Assembly: GCA_964484655.1 (NCBI GenBank)
Contig: CAZAFA010000001.1
Span: 31,242 to 95,241, forward strand
Direction of reading: 5' to 3'
Length of the DNA stretch: 64,000 nt
Source: an uncultured Candidatus Saccharibacteria bacterium
GTDB taxonomy: Bacteria; Patescibacteriota; Minisyncoccia; UBA6257; 2-01-FULL-56-20
Shown here piece by piece: positions 1 to 8,841 of this stretch; positions within the stretch are counted from its first letter, which is position 1; each line of letters starts with the position of its first letter. The notes beneath the pieces were generated by a model that was given only the letters and a program-made list of their open reading frames with translations, did no database searches and was not told where the DNA came from. The position numbers and the translations under genes were made by a program.

Positions 1-19
1 GACGTGATCCCGTCCGGCG

Positions 20-469
20 ATGCTGTCCGCTAGCGTCGGCATCCTCCTGCTCGCGCTGGCCGCTGCGCGCTTCCCTGAGGCGCCCCTGCTGGCGTTCCTG
101 CCTGCCGTCGCGGGAACCGCGCTCGCCGCGGTGACGCCGCGGGGACGCGGCGCCTGGCGAGCCGGCCTGCTCGCTGCCGGATTCCTCACCTGGCTCCCCG
201 GGAACCTGATCCTCGCTCTCGCGACGGCCCTCCTTCCGGCAGCCGTCTCGTTCGCGCGCGGAAGGCTGCCGGTGCGCACTGCGGGCTTCGCGCTGGCGAC
301 GCTGCCGGCGGCGACCTACCTGGCCGCCAGCGCGGCGGCGCGCAGCTTCGCGCTCCCGCTCCAGTATCCGCTGGACCTCTGTGCCGCCCTCGTCATCGGT
401 GCTACCCTCAGCTCGCTTGCCTATGCGCCGCTACAGAGAGAACGGTTTGGGACTCGAGGACGCGCTTGA
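20..469 (+). CDS. Hydrophobic multi-pass membrane protein, MreD-like by position
   Basis: Leu/Ala-rich TM segments; lies directly upstream of and overlaps the PBP2 gene, the usual mreD position. Confidence 0.5.
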   Translation: MLSASVGILLLALAAARFPEAPLLAFLPAVAGTALAAVTPRGRGAWRAGLLAAGFLTWLPGNLILALATALLPAAVSFARGRLPVRTAGFALATLPAATYLAASAAARSFALPLQYPLDLCAALVIGATLSSLAYAPLQRERFGTRGRA

Positions 470-2294
470 CCTCGGCTTCGGGAGCGGCGAGGTCCGCGAG
501 CTGCCCCTGCACCGGGGCAGTCTGGCGTTCGCGGGCTTCGTCGCGGTCCTGGTGGTCGCGGGGGTCGTCTCGCGCATGCTCTGGCTCGGGGTCGCCCAGG
601 GCGCCTACTACGGCGAGCTCGCCGAGGCGAACGTCAACTATGCCGTCACTACGGACGCGCCGCGCGGTCGTATCCTCGACGCGTACGGTGAGCTGCTCGC
701 GGATAACGCGCCGTCGTTCGCGCTGCAGCTGGACGTGCGCGCCTACCTCAAGGAAGGGGAAGAGGAGCGCGCTGCGGCGCTCGAGCTCATCCGCGCGCAG
801 ACCGGCCTCGAGCCCGCGACCGTGGAGGAGCGCATCCAGGCGCAGCTGAAGGCCAACCGCGGCGAGCCGCTCACCGTGTACCGCGGCCTGACGGAGGCGC
901 AGGTCGTCGCCGTCCGCGCCGCCAAGCGCGCGGACGTCACCGTCCGCGAGGGCTACCAGCGCGCCTATCCGCTCGGGGCGGCCGCGGCGCACGTGGTCGG
1001 CTACACCGGGCCCGTCTCCGCGGACGACCTCGAATCCGACCCGTCCCTGATCCCGACCGACGTCATCGGCAGGCAGGGCGTCGAGGCGTACTACGACGAC
1101 CGCCTGCGCGGCATCCTCGGCCGCACGCTCGTCAGCCGCGACGCCGCCGGCGCGCTGCTCGGCGACGAGCGGACCACGCCTGCCGAGCCGGGACAGGACC
1201 TGCATCTCACGATCGACGCGGAGCTGCAGAAGTACGCGTACGAGCGGCTCACGCAGGGGCTGCATTCGCTCGGGCGCACGCGCGGCGCCGTGGTCATCGT
1301 CGACCCGCGCGACGGCGCCGTGCGCGCGCTCGCGTCCGCGCCGAGCTTCGAGCCCGAGGCGTTCGTCCAGTCCAACCGGCGCGAGGAGCGCGCGCAGTAC
1401 CTCGAGAGCGCCGACCGCCCGCTCTACGACCGCGTCGTCTCCGGCGTCTACACGCCTGGATCGACGATCAAGCCGCTGCACGCGATCGCGGCGCTGAGCG
1501 AGAACGTCGTGAGCACGGACTGGAGCATATTCTCCCCGGGCTACCTGGACATCCCGAACCCGTACAACCCGAGCAAGCCGACGCGCTACGTGGACTGGCG
1601 CTACCAGGGCGTGGTCAACGCGCGCAGTGCGATCGCGCAGTCGTCGAACGTGTACTTCTACGCCGTCGGCGGCGGCACCGGATCGCTTAAGGGCCTGGGC
1701 ATCACGCGCCTGCGCGCGTGGTGGCAGCGCTTCCTCCTCGACCAGAAGACGGGCATCGACCTGCCGGGGGAAGGCGTCGGCTTCCTCCCGAGCCCGGAAT
1801 GGAAGAAGGACCGCACAGGCAAGGACTGGCTGCTCGGCGACACGTACAACGTCTCGATCGGGCAGGGCGACCTGACGCTCACGCCGCTGCGCCTCGCGAA
1901 CTACGTCGCGGCGGTAGCGAACGGCGGCACGGTCTGGAAGCCGTTCGTGAACGCGTCCTCGACGCCGCAGGTCGCGGCGGACCTCACCATGTACGCTCCC
2001 GCGATCGCGGAAGCGCAGAAGGGGATGCGGCAGACTATCACCTCCGACCTCGGTACGGCGCACACCATGGACGGCCTGCCGTTCGCGGTCGCGGGAAAGA
2101 CCGGCTCTGCTCAGATCCAGAACAACGCCAAGGAGAACGCCTTCTTCGTCGGCTACGCCCCGTACCAGAATCCCGAGATAGCCATCGCGCTGCTCGTGGA
2201 GGACGCCAAGCACGGCAGCCTCAACGCCGTGCCGATCGCGCAGGACATCTTCCGCTGGTGGTACGAACACCGGGGAGTAGGGAAGCCAAAATAA
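423..2294 (+). CDS. mrdA: Penicillin-binding protein 2 (class B transpeptidase)
   Basis: N-terminal TM, APRGRILD, SxxK (GSTIK), SxN (SSN), KTG motifs; start taken at ATG 423. Confidence 0.92.
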   Translation: MRRYRENGLGLEDALDLGFGSGEVRELPLHRGSLAFAGFVAVLVVAGVVSRMLWLGVAQGAYYGELAEANVNYAVTTDAPRGRILDAYGELLADNAPSFALQLDVRAYLKEGEEERAAALELIRAQTGLEPATVEERIQAQLKANRGEPLTVYRGLTEAQVVAVRAAKRADVTVREGYQRAYPLGAAAAHVVGYTGPVSADDLESDPSLIPTDVIGRQGVEAYYDDRLRGILGRTLVSRDAAGALLGDERTTPAEPGQDLHLTIDAELQKYAYERLTQGLHSLGRTRGAVVIVDPRDGAVRALASAPSFEPEAFVQSNRREERAQYLESADRPLYDRVVSGVYTPGSTIKPLHAIAALSENVVSTDWSIFSPGYLDIPNPYNPSKPTRYVDWRYQGVVNARSAIAQSSNVYFYAVGGGTGSLKGLGITRLRAWWQRFLLDQKTGIDLPGEGVGFLPSPEWKKDRTGKDWLLGDTYNVSIGQGDLTLTPLRLANYVAAVANGGTVWKPFVNASSTPQVAADLTMYAPAIAEAQKGMRQTITSDLGTAHTMDGLPFAVAGKTGSAQIQNNAKENAFFVGYAPYQNPEIAIALLVEDAKHGSLNAVPIAQDIFRWWYEHRGVGKPK

Positions 2295-2295
2295 T

Positions 2296-2323
2296 GAAGA
2301 AGCCCGCATCAGCGGGCTTCTTC
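2296..2323. terminator. Hairpin terminator between convergent genes
   Basis: GAAGAAGCCCGC-ATCA-GCGGGCTTCTTC perfect 12-bp stem. Confidence 0.75.
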
Positions 2324-2887
2324 GGCTAAAACGGTGCGTGCCCAGGACACGCGACGCGCGATGCGCATCGTCAGCGATCGCGGCGGCGCGAGCAGCTCGT
2401 CGAACGTGTCGACGATCCTTCCCTTGCTCGCGAACCAACCGATGTCGTCGTCGGCAGGGTGCGTCTCCTTCCCGGCAATCACGTTCGGGCTCGTGACGAC
2501 ACCGAACTTGCGCTGCAGCGCGCCGTGCGCGGTCCAGCGGACGCATGCCGTGGCGTTGATGCCCATCAGGAACAGCGTCTCGACGCCCCAGCGGTCCAGA
2601 TGCTCCTGGAGCCTGGTATCAGCGAAGGCGTTGTCCCATTGCTTCACGATCCGCTCCTGCCGCAACACGGATACCGCAGCGACGCGCAGCGTCTCGTGCG
2701 TCGGTTCCGCCGGGATCTGGGCGTACTCCACGACTACCAGGGGTATGTCGCGCTCGGCGCAGATGCGGATCGTCCGCAGCTGATGGGGGATGATGTGCGC
2801 TGCCGCGCCTGGACGGAGCTGCCGGATGAACACCGGCTGCATGTCTATCAGGAGGACGGCGAGACCCGTCCTCGGGTCTCGGGTCAT
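2309..2887 (-). CDS. Isochorismatase-family cysteine hydrolase
   Basis: LLIDMQ, K..DNAFADT, GINATACV motifs (D-K-C triad); SD GAGGTG upstream. Confidence 0.85.
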   Translation of the reverse strand: MTRDPRTGLAVLLIDMQPVFIRQLRPGAAAHIIPHQLRTIRICAERDIPLVVVEYAQIPAEPTHETLRVAAVSVLRQERIVKQWDNAFADTRLQEHLDRWGVETLFLMGINATACVRWTAHGALQRKFGVVTSPNVIAGKETHPADDDIGWFASKGRIVDTFDELLAPPRSLTMRIARRVSWARTVLAEEAR

Positions 2888-3012
2888 ATGCGTTCACCTC
2901 GTCTTTCAAGAGTGCAGTTTCCGCTGCCTGGCGGAAGCTCACCACGGCTCGGGAGTGCCGTCAAACGCGGCTGTTGCCTTTTTCCGACCCGTTCCGTACT
3001 ATGCGCCCTGCT

Positions 3013-3324
3013 ATGGATTCCTTCGCGATCATCGCCACCGGCGGCAAGCAGTACCTCGTCGCCCCTGGCCAGAAGCTCAAGATCGAGAAGCTTGCCGGCG
3101 AGGCGGGCGACACGGTGACTTTCGACCAGGTCCTGCTGAGCACGGACGGCAAGAAGGTCAGCGTCGGCGCGCCCATCGTGGCCGGCGCGGGCGTGAAGGG
3201 GACGATCCTCCGCCAGGCGCGATCCAAGAAGGTGACGGTCTTCAAGTACCACTCGAAGAACCGCTACGACAAGAAGAAGGGCCACCGCCAGCACTTCACC
3301 GAGGTACGCATCGAGAGCCTGTAA
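3013..3324 (+). CDS. rplU: 50S ribosomal protein L21
   Basis: AIIATGGKQYLV...KKGHRQHFT. Confidence 0.97.
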   Translation: MDSFAIIATGGKQYLVAPGQKLKIEKLAGEAGDTVTFDQVLLSTDGKKVSVGAPIVAGAGVKGTILRQARSKKVTVFKYHSKNRYDKKKGHRQHFTEVRIESL

Positions 3325-3400
3325 AAGGGCTCTCGTCCGTTATGCACCGGTTATCCAGGACGGCCGCTTGCCTGTTCCCGCCAGGGAGGTATGCTCGTCC

Positions 3401-3585
3401 TTGCGTCGGAACACAGCCAGCACGTGACTGGCCGACCTCCGGGCTCTATTACCGCGAAAGCATCGCCGCTGGATTCTGAGCCAGCATTCGTTTCCGGATC
3501 ACAGGAACCACCGCTTTCGTCTTACTGACCCAGCCTGACAGGCATCCACGCAACCAAGAGGCAGCCACGTGTGCTGCCTCATTTG
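3401..3585 (+). ncRNA. Candidate structured ncRNA (possibly 6S-like or novel)
   Basis: Promoter TTGCCT-16-TATGCT (3368-3395), nested helices, terminal hairpin 3558-3580; no credible ORF. Confidence 0.45.
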
Positions 3586-3598
3586 TCGCTTGGAATAA

Positions 3599-3627
3599 TT
3601 GACATTTAGCATATTTAATGCTTAAAT
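3599..3627 (+). promoter_or_regulatory. Sigma70-type promoter in AT-rich patch with imperfect inverted repeat
   Basis: TTGACA-17-TTAAAT; TTTAGCAT...ATGCTTAAA. Confidence 0.5.
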
Positions 3628-3693
3628 ATGGGCAGTAACAAGGCAGTCCCGCTGCCCGTTCGAATCTGAATACGTAATAAGGAGACAAATACT

Positions 3694-4008
3694 ATGGCTG
3701 AAAACAGCTTCCGCGTTCGCGTGATAGACGAACGCAACCTGCCGACGGTGGTCGGCGAAACTGGCACGGTGGACCTCCATCTGGAGCACACCGATGCCGA
3801 CGGCAAGTGGGCGAACGTGAGGATGCGCGTCCGCGTCACGAAGACCGACGGATCGCGCTCGAAAGCCGAGTTCGACGGAGCGATCCTCGTCTCGCGCGGC
3901 GCGTTCCACGAACGGCACCCGTTCGGAAAGTTCCGGCTTCGGCGCGGGGACCATCCCTTCTTCCTGCGCCATCAACTGCATTCTCAGAAGGTCTTCATGA
4001 CCATCTGA
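3694..4008 (+). CDS. Hypothetical protein (104 aa)
   Basis: SD TAAGGAG, own promoter, downstream hairpin 4019-4043. Confidence 0.7.
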   Translation: MAENSFRVRVIDERNLPTVVGETGTVDLHLEHTDADGKWANVRMRVRVTKTDGSRSKAEFDGAILVSRGAFHERHPFGKFRLRRGDHPFFLRHQLHSQKVFMTI

Positions 4009-4045
4009 CCAATTCCCAGAGCCCCCGCACCCGCGGGGGCTCGCT

Positions 4046-5467
4046 TCATCTCAGGTCGTAGACCTGGGCGTCCGGCGGCACGCCGTCGGTGCTGGTCGCA
4101 TAGAAGACGCGCTCGCGCTGCTGCGCTTCCCGCGTCGCGGTTCCCGTGACGAACATCACGGTCTGCGCCGCTACCGGCATGCCGCCGATGCGCACGTCGC
4201 CGTCGGGGACGATCACGTACGCGTCGCGAGCTCGGTCCCGCTGCAGCAGCGCCCGTCCGGCCTCGAGGTAGCTCGTCGTGAACTCGTCGCGGACCTCGGG
4301 CTTCGCGGCATACGCCGGATACCGCACCGCGGTGCTCGCGAGCGCGCCGCCGCAGACTAGTACCGCAAGCGCGATTCCCGCCCGCGGCCAGCGCCGAGCC
4401 GCGCGGTCCAGCGCGAACGCCGAAAGCAGCATCACCGGCACGACGAGGAGTATCCCGCGCAGCGCGTGCGGCATACCCTCGTTGCTGAGCACGGCGGGGA
4501 GCGCGCCCGCGACCAGGAGCGCCCCGACGATCGCCGCGTCATGCTTCCGCCGCCACAGGAGCGCGGCTCCGACGAGCGTGCAGGCGAGGACCGGCAGCGC
4601 CACCGCCGGCGCGCCGCTGTCGTTATGGCGCCAGTTGCGATCGCCGTTCCAGGCGAGCATGCCGGCCATCAGCGCGACGTTGCGCGCGATCTCTCGCGCG
4701 GGTCGCTCCGTCTCCCATGCGGCGACCTGGTCCGCGCGCTCCCCGAAGCTTCCCGGATGCGTGGCGAAGTAGTGCGCGAGGGGAGCGGCGGCGATGGCGG
4801 CGCAGACGCCGGCGAGCGCGAGCGCCGCGGCGACGCGCCTCCGCGCATCGCGCGCGCAAGCGATAAGCGCGATGCCGATCGCGGCGAACGCGAGCCCTGC
4901 GGCGCGGAAGGCGATGTACGTATGCAGGCCGACGCCGGCTAGGAATCCTCCCAGCGCAGCGAGCGGCCATCCGTTCGCGCCTTCGCGCACGCGTCGCACG
5001 CCGGCGAGGAGCGCCCAGAGCGCGAAGACGAGCACGAGCGGCGCGAGGATCGCGCGGAACCCGACGCGCGAGAAGACGACGTGCCAGAAGCTTCCCGCGA
5101 GGAGCGCCGCTGCGATCAGGCCGGCGCGCCTGCCCCAGAGCTCGCGCCCGAGCAGGTACATGCCGGGGACGGTCAGGATGCCGGCGAGCGCGGAGACCAG
5201 GCGCAGGACCCACGGCTCGCGGACGCCCGCGACGGCGAGCGCGATGGACTGCAGGTTCGCGTACAGGCCCTCGCGGCCGTTGTTGCCCGGGTAGAACCAG
5301 TCCCACCGGCCTTCGAGCGCCGCGAGGGCGTCGTTGCCCTCGGTAGCCTCGTCGGGATAGAGGCCGGGCGGCAGGTCCGCGAGGCTCGCGAGCCGCAGGG
5401 ATGCCGCGGCGAGGACGATGCCGGCGAGGAGGAGGCGCGTCGGCGTGATCCACGTGGGCAAGCGCAT
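4046..5467 (-). CDS. GT39/ArnT-PMT-like polytopic glycosyltransferase
   Basis: PPGLYPDEA motif after TM1, many TMs; start set at 5467 by a -10 box 6 nt upstream. Confidence 0.85.
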   Translation of the reverse strand: MRLPTWITPTRLLLAGIVLAAASLRLASLADLPPGLYPDEATEGNDALAALEGRWDWFYPGNNGREGLYANLQSIALAVAGVREPWVLRLVSALAGILTVPGMYLLGRELWGRRAGLIAAALLAGSFWHVVFSRVGFRAILAPLVLVFALWALLAGVRRVREGANGWPLAALGGFLAGVGLHTYIAFRAAGLAFAAIGIALIACARDARRRVAAALALAGVCAAIAAAPLAHYFATHPGSFGERADQVAAWETERPAREIARNVALMAGMLAWNGDRNWRHNDSGAPAVALPVLACTLVGAALLWRRKHDAAIVGALLVAGALPAVLSNEGMPHALRGILLVVPVMLLSAFALDRAARRWPRAGIALAVLVCGGALASTAVRYPAYAAKPEVRDEFTTSYLEAGRALLQRDRARDAYVIVPDGDVRIGGMPVAAQTVMFVTGTATREAQQRERVFYATSTDGVPPDAQVYDLR

Positions 5468-5472
5468 GGGCG

Positions 5473-5484
5473 AAGTGTACACTT
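5473..5484. promoter_or_regulatory. Palindromic bidirectional -10 element
   Basis: AAGTGTACACTT reads TACACT on both strands, each 6 nt from a start codon. Confidence 0.75.
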
Positions 5485-5489
5485 ATCGC

Positions 5490-5861
5490 ATGGAGACTCC
5501 CGAGCAGCCGCGCGTCGTCAACTTCAGCGAAGCTGACGTGGCGCGCGTGAAGACGGAGCTCGAGTCGCGGCCGGAGACGCGCGCCGAGGGCGCGCCCGCG
5601 AACCGCGAGGCCGTTCGGCAGGCGCTCGTCGCCGTCCTCCCGCAGCCGGTGCCCGCGACGGCAACCTCGACGCCGTCGCAGGTCGTCGAGACGGCCGGAA
5701 CGCAGCAGCGCGTGGAGGCGCTGGTCCGCCAAGCCGCCGAGCAGGGCATCGACGCGGCGCACGCCCGCGCCGCTGCGGACGAGCCCTACGTGCTCGACGC
5801 GTTCCACGACGCGCTCGCCGGCGCGATGCACGACGAGCTCGCTCGTCGCGGACTGCTCTGA
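5490..5861 (+). CDS. Hypothetical protein
   Basis: Stop overlaps next start (TGATG); C-terminal PYVLDAFHDAL. Confidence 0.75.
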   Translation: METPEQPRVVNFSEADVARVKTELESRPETRAEGAPANREAVRQALVAVLPQPVPATATSTPSQVVETAGTQQRVEALVRQAAEQGIDAAHARAAADEPYVLDAFHDALAGAMHDELARRGLL

Positions 5862-8221
5862 TGCAGTATCTCGCGTACGGCCTCGTCATCGGCTTCCTCG
5901 CGCTGTGCGGGATCGGCGCGTTCCTCATCCGGCGCACGCTTCGGCACCGCGCCCTCATCGCGTCGCTCAGCTACGCGCTGCTGCTCGTGCGCGTGCCGCG
6001 CGAGGACAGCAAGCAGGGCGAGGACCTGAAGACGCAGACCGCGCGCGCCGAGCAGCTGTTCGCCGGCCTGCTCTCGCTCGGCGTGCCGGTGTCCTACGAG
6101 GTCGCCGTGCCGCACGTCGGCGAGGAGCTCCACTTCTACCTGTCCGTGCCGCGCACGATGATCGACGCGGCGACGCGCCAGGTCCAGGCCCTCTGGCCGT
6201 CCGCCTCCGTATCGCGCGAGGAGGGGGACTACAACATCTTCTCTCCCGGAGGCTCGGTCGCAGCCGCGTACGTCATCGCGAAGGATTCGCATGCGCTGCC
6301 GATCCGCACCTACCTCGAGCTGGGCACGGACACGACCGCGTCCATCCTGGGCGGCTTCGCGAAGCTCGCGAACATCGGCGAAGGAGCTTCCTTCCAGCTC
6401 GTCGTGCGTCCGGCTCCGAAGGACGCGGGGAAGGGGCTGCAGCGGATCCTCTCCGGACTCAAGGAAGGGAAGTCTCTCAAGGACCTGGTGCCGAGCCTGA
6501 GCCGATCGCTCAAGGACCTCGCGGGCTCCGCGGGGGACAGGAAGGAGGCAGGCGCCGCTCCGGGCCGCGTCGACGAAGAGCTCGTCCGCGCGCTCGAGGG
6601 CAAGCTCGCCAAGCCGCTCGCGTGGGCGGAGGTGCGCCTGGTCGCTTCGGCGCCGACGCAGGCCGCCGCGGACCAGATCCTCGAGAGCCTCGCCGCCGGC
6701 TTCGCGCAGTTCTCCGCGCCGCGTCGCAACGAGCTCAAGGTGAGCAGGCCGCGCTCCTGGCGGAGCATCGTGCACGAGTTCAGCTTCCGGGAATTCACGG
6801 GCAACGCGGCGTCGCTCCTCAACGTCGAGGAGCTCGCGAGCCTCTACCACTTCCCGCTGCCGGGCGCGGACCTCGCGCGCGTGAAGTGGCTCAAGTCCCG
6901 CGAGGCGCCGCCTCCGACCGACCTGCCGAAGGAAGGCCTGCTCCTCGGCGAGAGCGTGTACCGCGGCATGCGCACGCCTGTCTACCTCTCCGACGAGGAC
7001 CGCCGGCGCCACATCTACGTGATCGGACAGACCGGCACCGGTAAGTCGACGCTGCTGGGCAACCTCATCCTCGACGACATCAAGCGGGGAGCGGGCATCG
7101 CGGTCCTCGACCCGCACGGCGACCTCGTGGAGACGGCACTCGCGCATATCCCGCGGAACCGCATCGACGACGTCATCTACTTCGATCCGGGCGACCTCAT
7201 GCTCCCGATGGGGCTCAACATGCTCGAGTACAACCTCGCCAACCCCGAGGAGAAGACGTTCATCGTCAACGAGGTGCAGGGCATCTTCAACAAGCTCTTC
7301 CCGCCGGAGACGATGGGCCCGATGTTCGAGCAGTACATGAGGAACGCGCTCCTGCTGCTCATGGAGGACGCCGCCAACGAGCCGGCGACGCTCGTCGAGG
7401 TGCCGCGCATCTTCACGGACGCGGAATGGCGCAAGCGCAAGCTCGCGCGCATCGCTAACCCCGTGGTCCGCGACTTCTGGGAACAGGAGGCCTCGAAGGC
7501 GGGCGGGGACGCGTCCCTCGCGAACATGACGCCGTACATCACCTCGAAGTTCAGCAACTTCATCGCCAACGACTACGTGCGCCCCATCATCGGCCAGCCG
7601 CGCAGCAGCCTGAACTTCCGCGACGTCATGGACAGCGGGAAGATCCTCCTCGTGAACCTCGCGAAGGGGAAGATCGGCGACATCAACGCCAACCTGCTCG
7701 GCATGATCATCATGGGCCGCATCTCCATGTCCGCCTTCGCGCGCGCGGGTACGGCCAAGGAGTCGCGTCGCGACTTCCACGTCTACATCGACGAGTTCCA
7801 GAACTTCACGACCGACTCGATCTCCACGATCTTCTCCGAGGCCCGCAAGTACCGCCTGACCCTGACCGTGGCGCACCAGTTCATCGCGCAGCTGAGCGAC
7901 AAGATCCGCGACTCGGTCTTCGGGAACGTCGGCAACCAGCTCGCCATGCGCGTGGGTCCCGCCGACGCCGAGTTCCTCGTGAAGCAGTTCGAGCCCACCT
8001 TCACCGCCGCGGACCTGATCAACATCGACAACCTGAACGCGTACGCGAGCATCATGGTGAACGGGCAGACCACGACCGCGTTCAATCTCGAGGTGGGCCA
8101 CCAGTCCTGGGAGAAGGGCGATCCGGACTACACCGCGAAGCTGCGCGAGTACGCGCGCATCAAGCTCGGCACGCCGCGGCATCAGGTGGAGGCGGATATC
8201 ACAAGGCGTCTGCGGAACTAG
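5861..8221 (+). CDS. VirD4/TrwB-like (DUF87/HerA-type) coupling ATPase with N-terminal TM
   Basis: Walker A GQTGTGKS, LDPHGDL, Walker B YIDEFQNF, EARKYRL, AHQFIAQL. Confidence 0.9.
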   Translation: MQYLAYGLVIGFLALCGIGAFLIRRTLRHRALIASLSYALLLVRVPREDSKQGEDLKTQTARAEQLFAGLLSLGVPVSYEVAVPHVGEELHFYLSVPRTMIDAATRQVQALWPSASVSREEGDYNIFSPGGSVAAAYVIAKDSHALPIRTYLELGTDTTASILGGFAKLANIGEGASFQLVVRPAPKDAGKGLQRILSGLKEGKSLKDLVPSLSRSLKDLAGSAGDRKEAGAAPGRVDEELVRALEGKLAKPLAWAEVRLVASAPTQAAADQILESLAAGFAQFSAPRRNELKVSRPRSWRSIVHEFSFREFTGNAASLLNVEELASLYHFPLPGADLARVKWLKSREAPPPTDLPKEGLLLGESVYRGMRTPVYLSDEDRRRHIYVIGQTGTGKSTLLGNLILDDIKRGAGIAVLDPHGDLVETALAHIPRNRIDDVIYFDPGDLMLPMGLNMLEYNLANPEEKTFIVNEVQGIFNKLFPPETMGPMFEQYMRNALLLLMEDAANEPATLVEVPRIFTDAEWRKRKLARIANPVVRDFWEQEASKAGGDASLANMTPYITSKFSNFIANDYVRPIIGQPRSSLNFRDVMDSGKILLVNLAKGKIGDINANLLGMIIMGRISMSAFARAGTAKESRRDFHVYIDEFQNFTTDSISTIFSEARKYRLTLTVAHQFIAQLSDKIRDSVFGNVGNQLAMRVGPADAEFLVKQFEPTFTAADLINIDNLNAYASIMVNGQTTTAFNLEVGHQSWEKGDPDYTAKLREYARIKLGTPRHQVEADITRRLRN

Positions 8222-8280
8222 GTTTTTATAGAAATTTCATATCCTGTCCCCTAGGCTTGCCTCAGCTTGGAGGTGAAAAA

Positions 8281-8808
8281 ATGAATATTCGTATCGAAGA
8301 TGTACGCCATGAGCTTAGCGAGGTGTACCTTTTCTTAAATGAGCACGCGCAACAGGCACGCCAGTGCTTGCCGCCGCCGATGCTAGAAATCTTCGCTATC
8401 TGTGAAGATGACGGTGAAATAGTCGCTTGCTGCGGCGCTTCCGTAGCGAGCAAAGGAAGACTCCATATCGAGAAGATTTACCGTCTTGATGTTGAGACGG
8501 CACAATTTCTCGACAAGGAGCGCCAGAGGTTCTGCGAGATCGGGCGCTGGTTCTCGGTCGTTCCTGATGCAGCGACAGCAACCCTGAAGGCTCTGGTTAT
8601 GCATCTCGAGAAACAAGGAGTTGCGTTCGCTCTCTGCGAGCTCAAGGATGCAACGGTTCGCCGGGCAAAGCGCATGGGGCTCGCCTTTCATCAAACGGCT
8701 TCAACCTTAAATCTTGAGGCGATTGACGCAACGGAGATAGCTTACTACCAAGACGATCATCCGCCGAAGCTATACTGGCTGAATTTCGCTGAGATCCAGT
8801 GGAAGTAA
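8281..8808 (+). CDS. Low-GC GNAT-fold protein (thermostable-hemolysin/FeeM-like)
   Basis: GEIVACCG...LHIEKIY...FCEIGRW pattern; SD GGAGGTG; AT-richer than flanks. Confidence 0.55.
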   Translation: MNIRIEDVRHELSEVYLFLNEHAQQARQCLPPPMLEIFAICEDDGEIVACCGASVASKGRLHIEKIYRLDVETAQFLDKERQRFCEIGRWFSVVPDAATATLKALVMHLEKQGVAFALCELKDATVRRAKRMGLAFHQTASTLNLEAIDATEIAYYQDDHPPKLYWLNFAEIQWK

Positions 8809-8841
8809 AAAAAGAAACCGAGGAGATCTCGGTTTCTTTTT
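8807..8841. terminator. Bidirectional intrinsic terminator
   Basis: AAAAAGAAACCGAG-GAGAT-CTCGGTTTCTTTTT. Confidence 0.85.

Noticed and set aside
5861-8808. Conjugative element or ICE
   Set aside because: No relaxase, VirB4, integrase or att repeats
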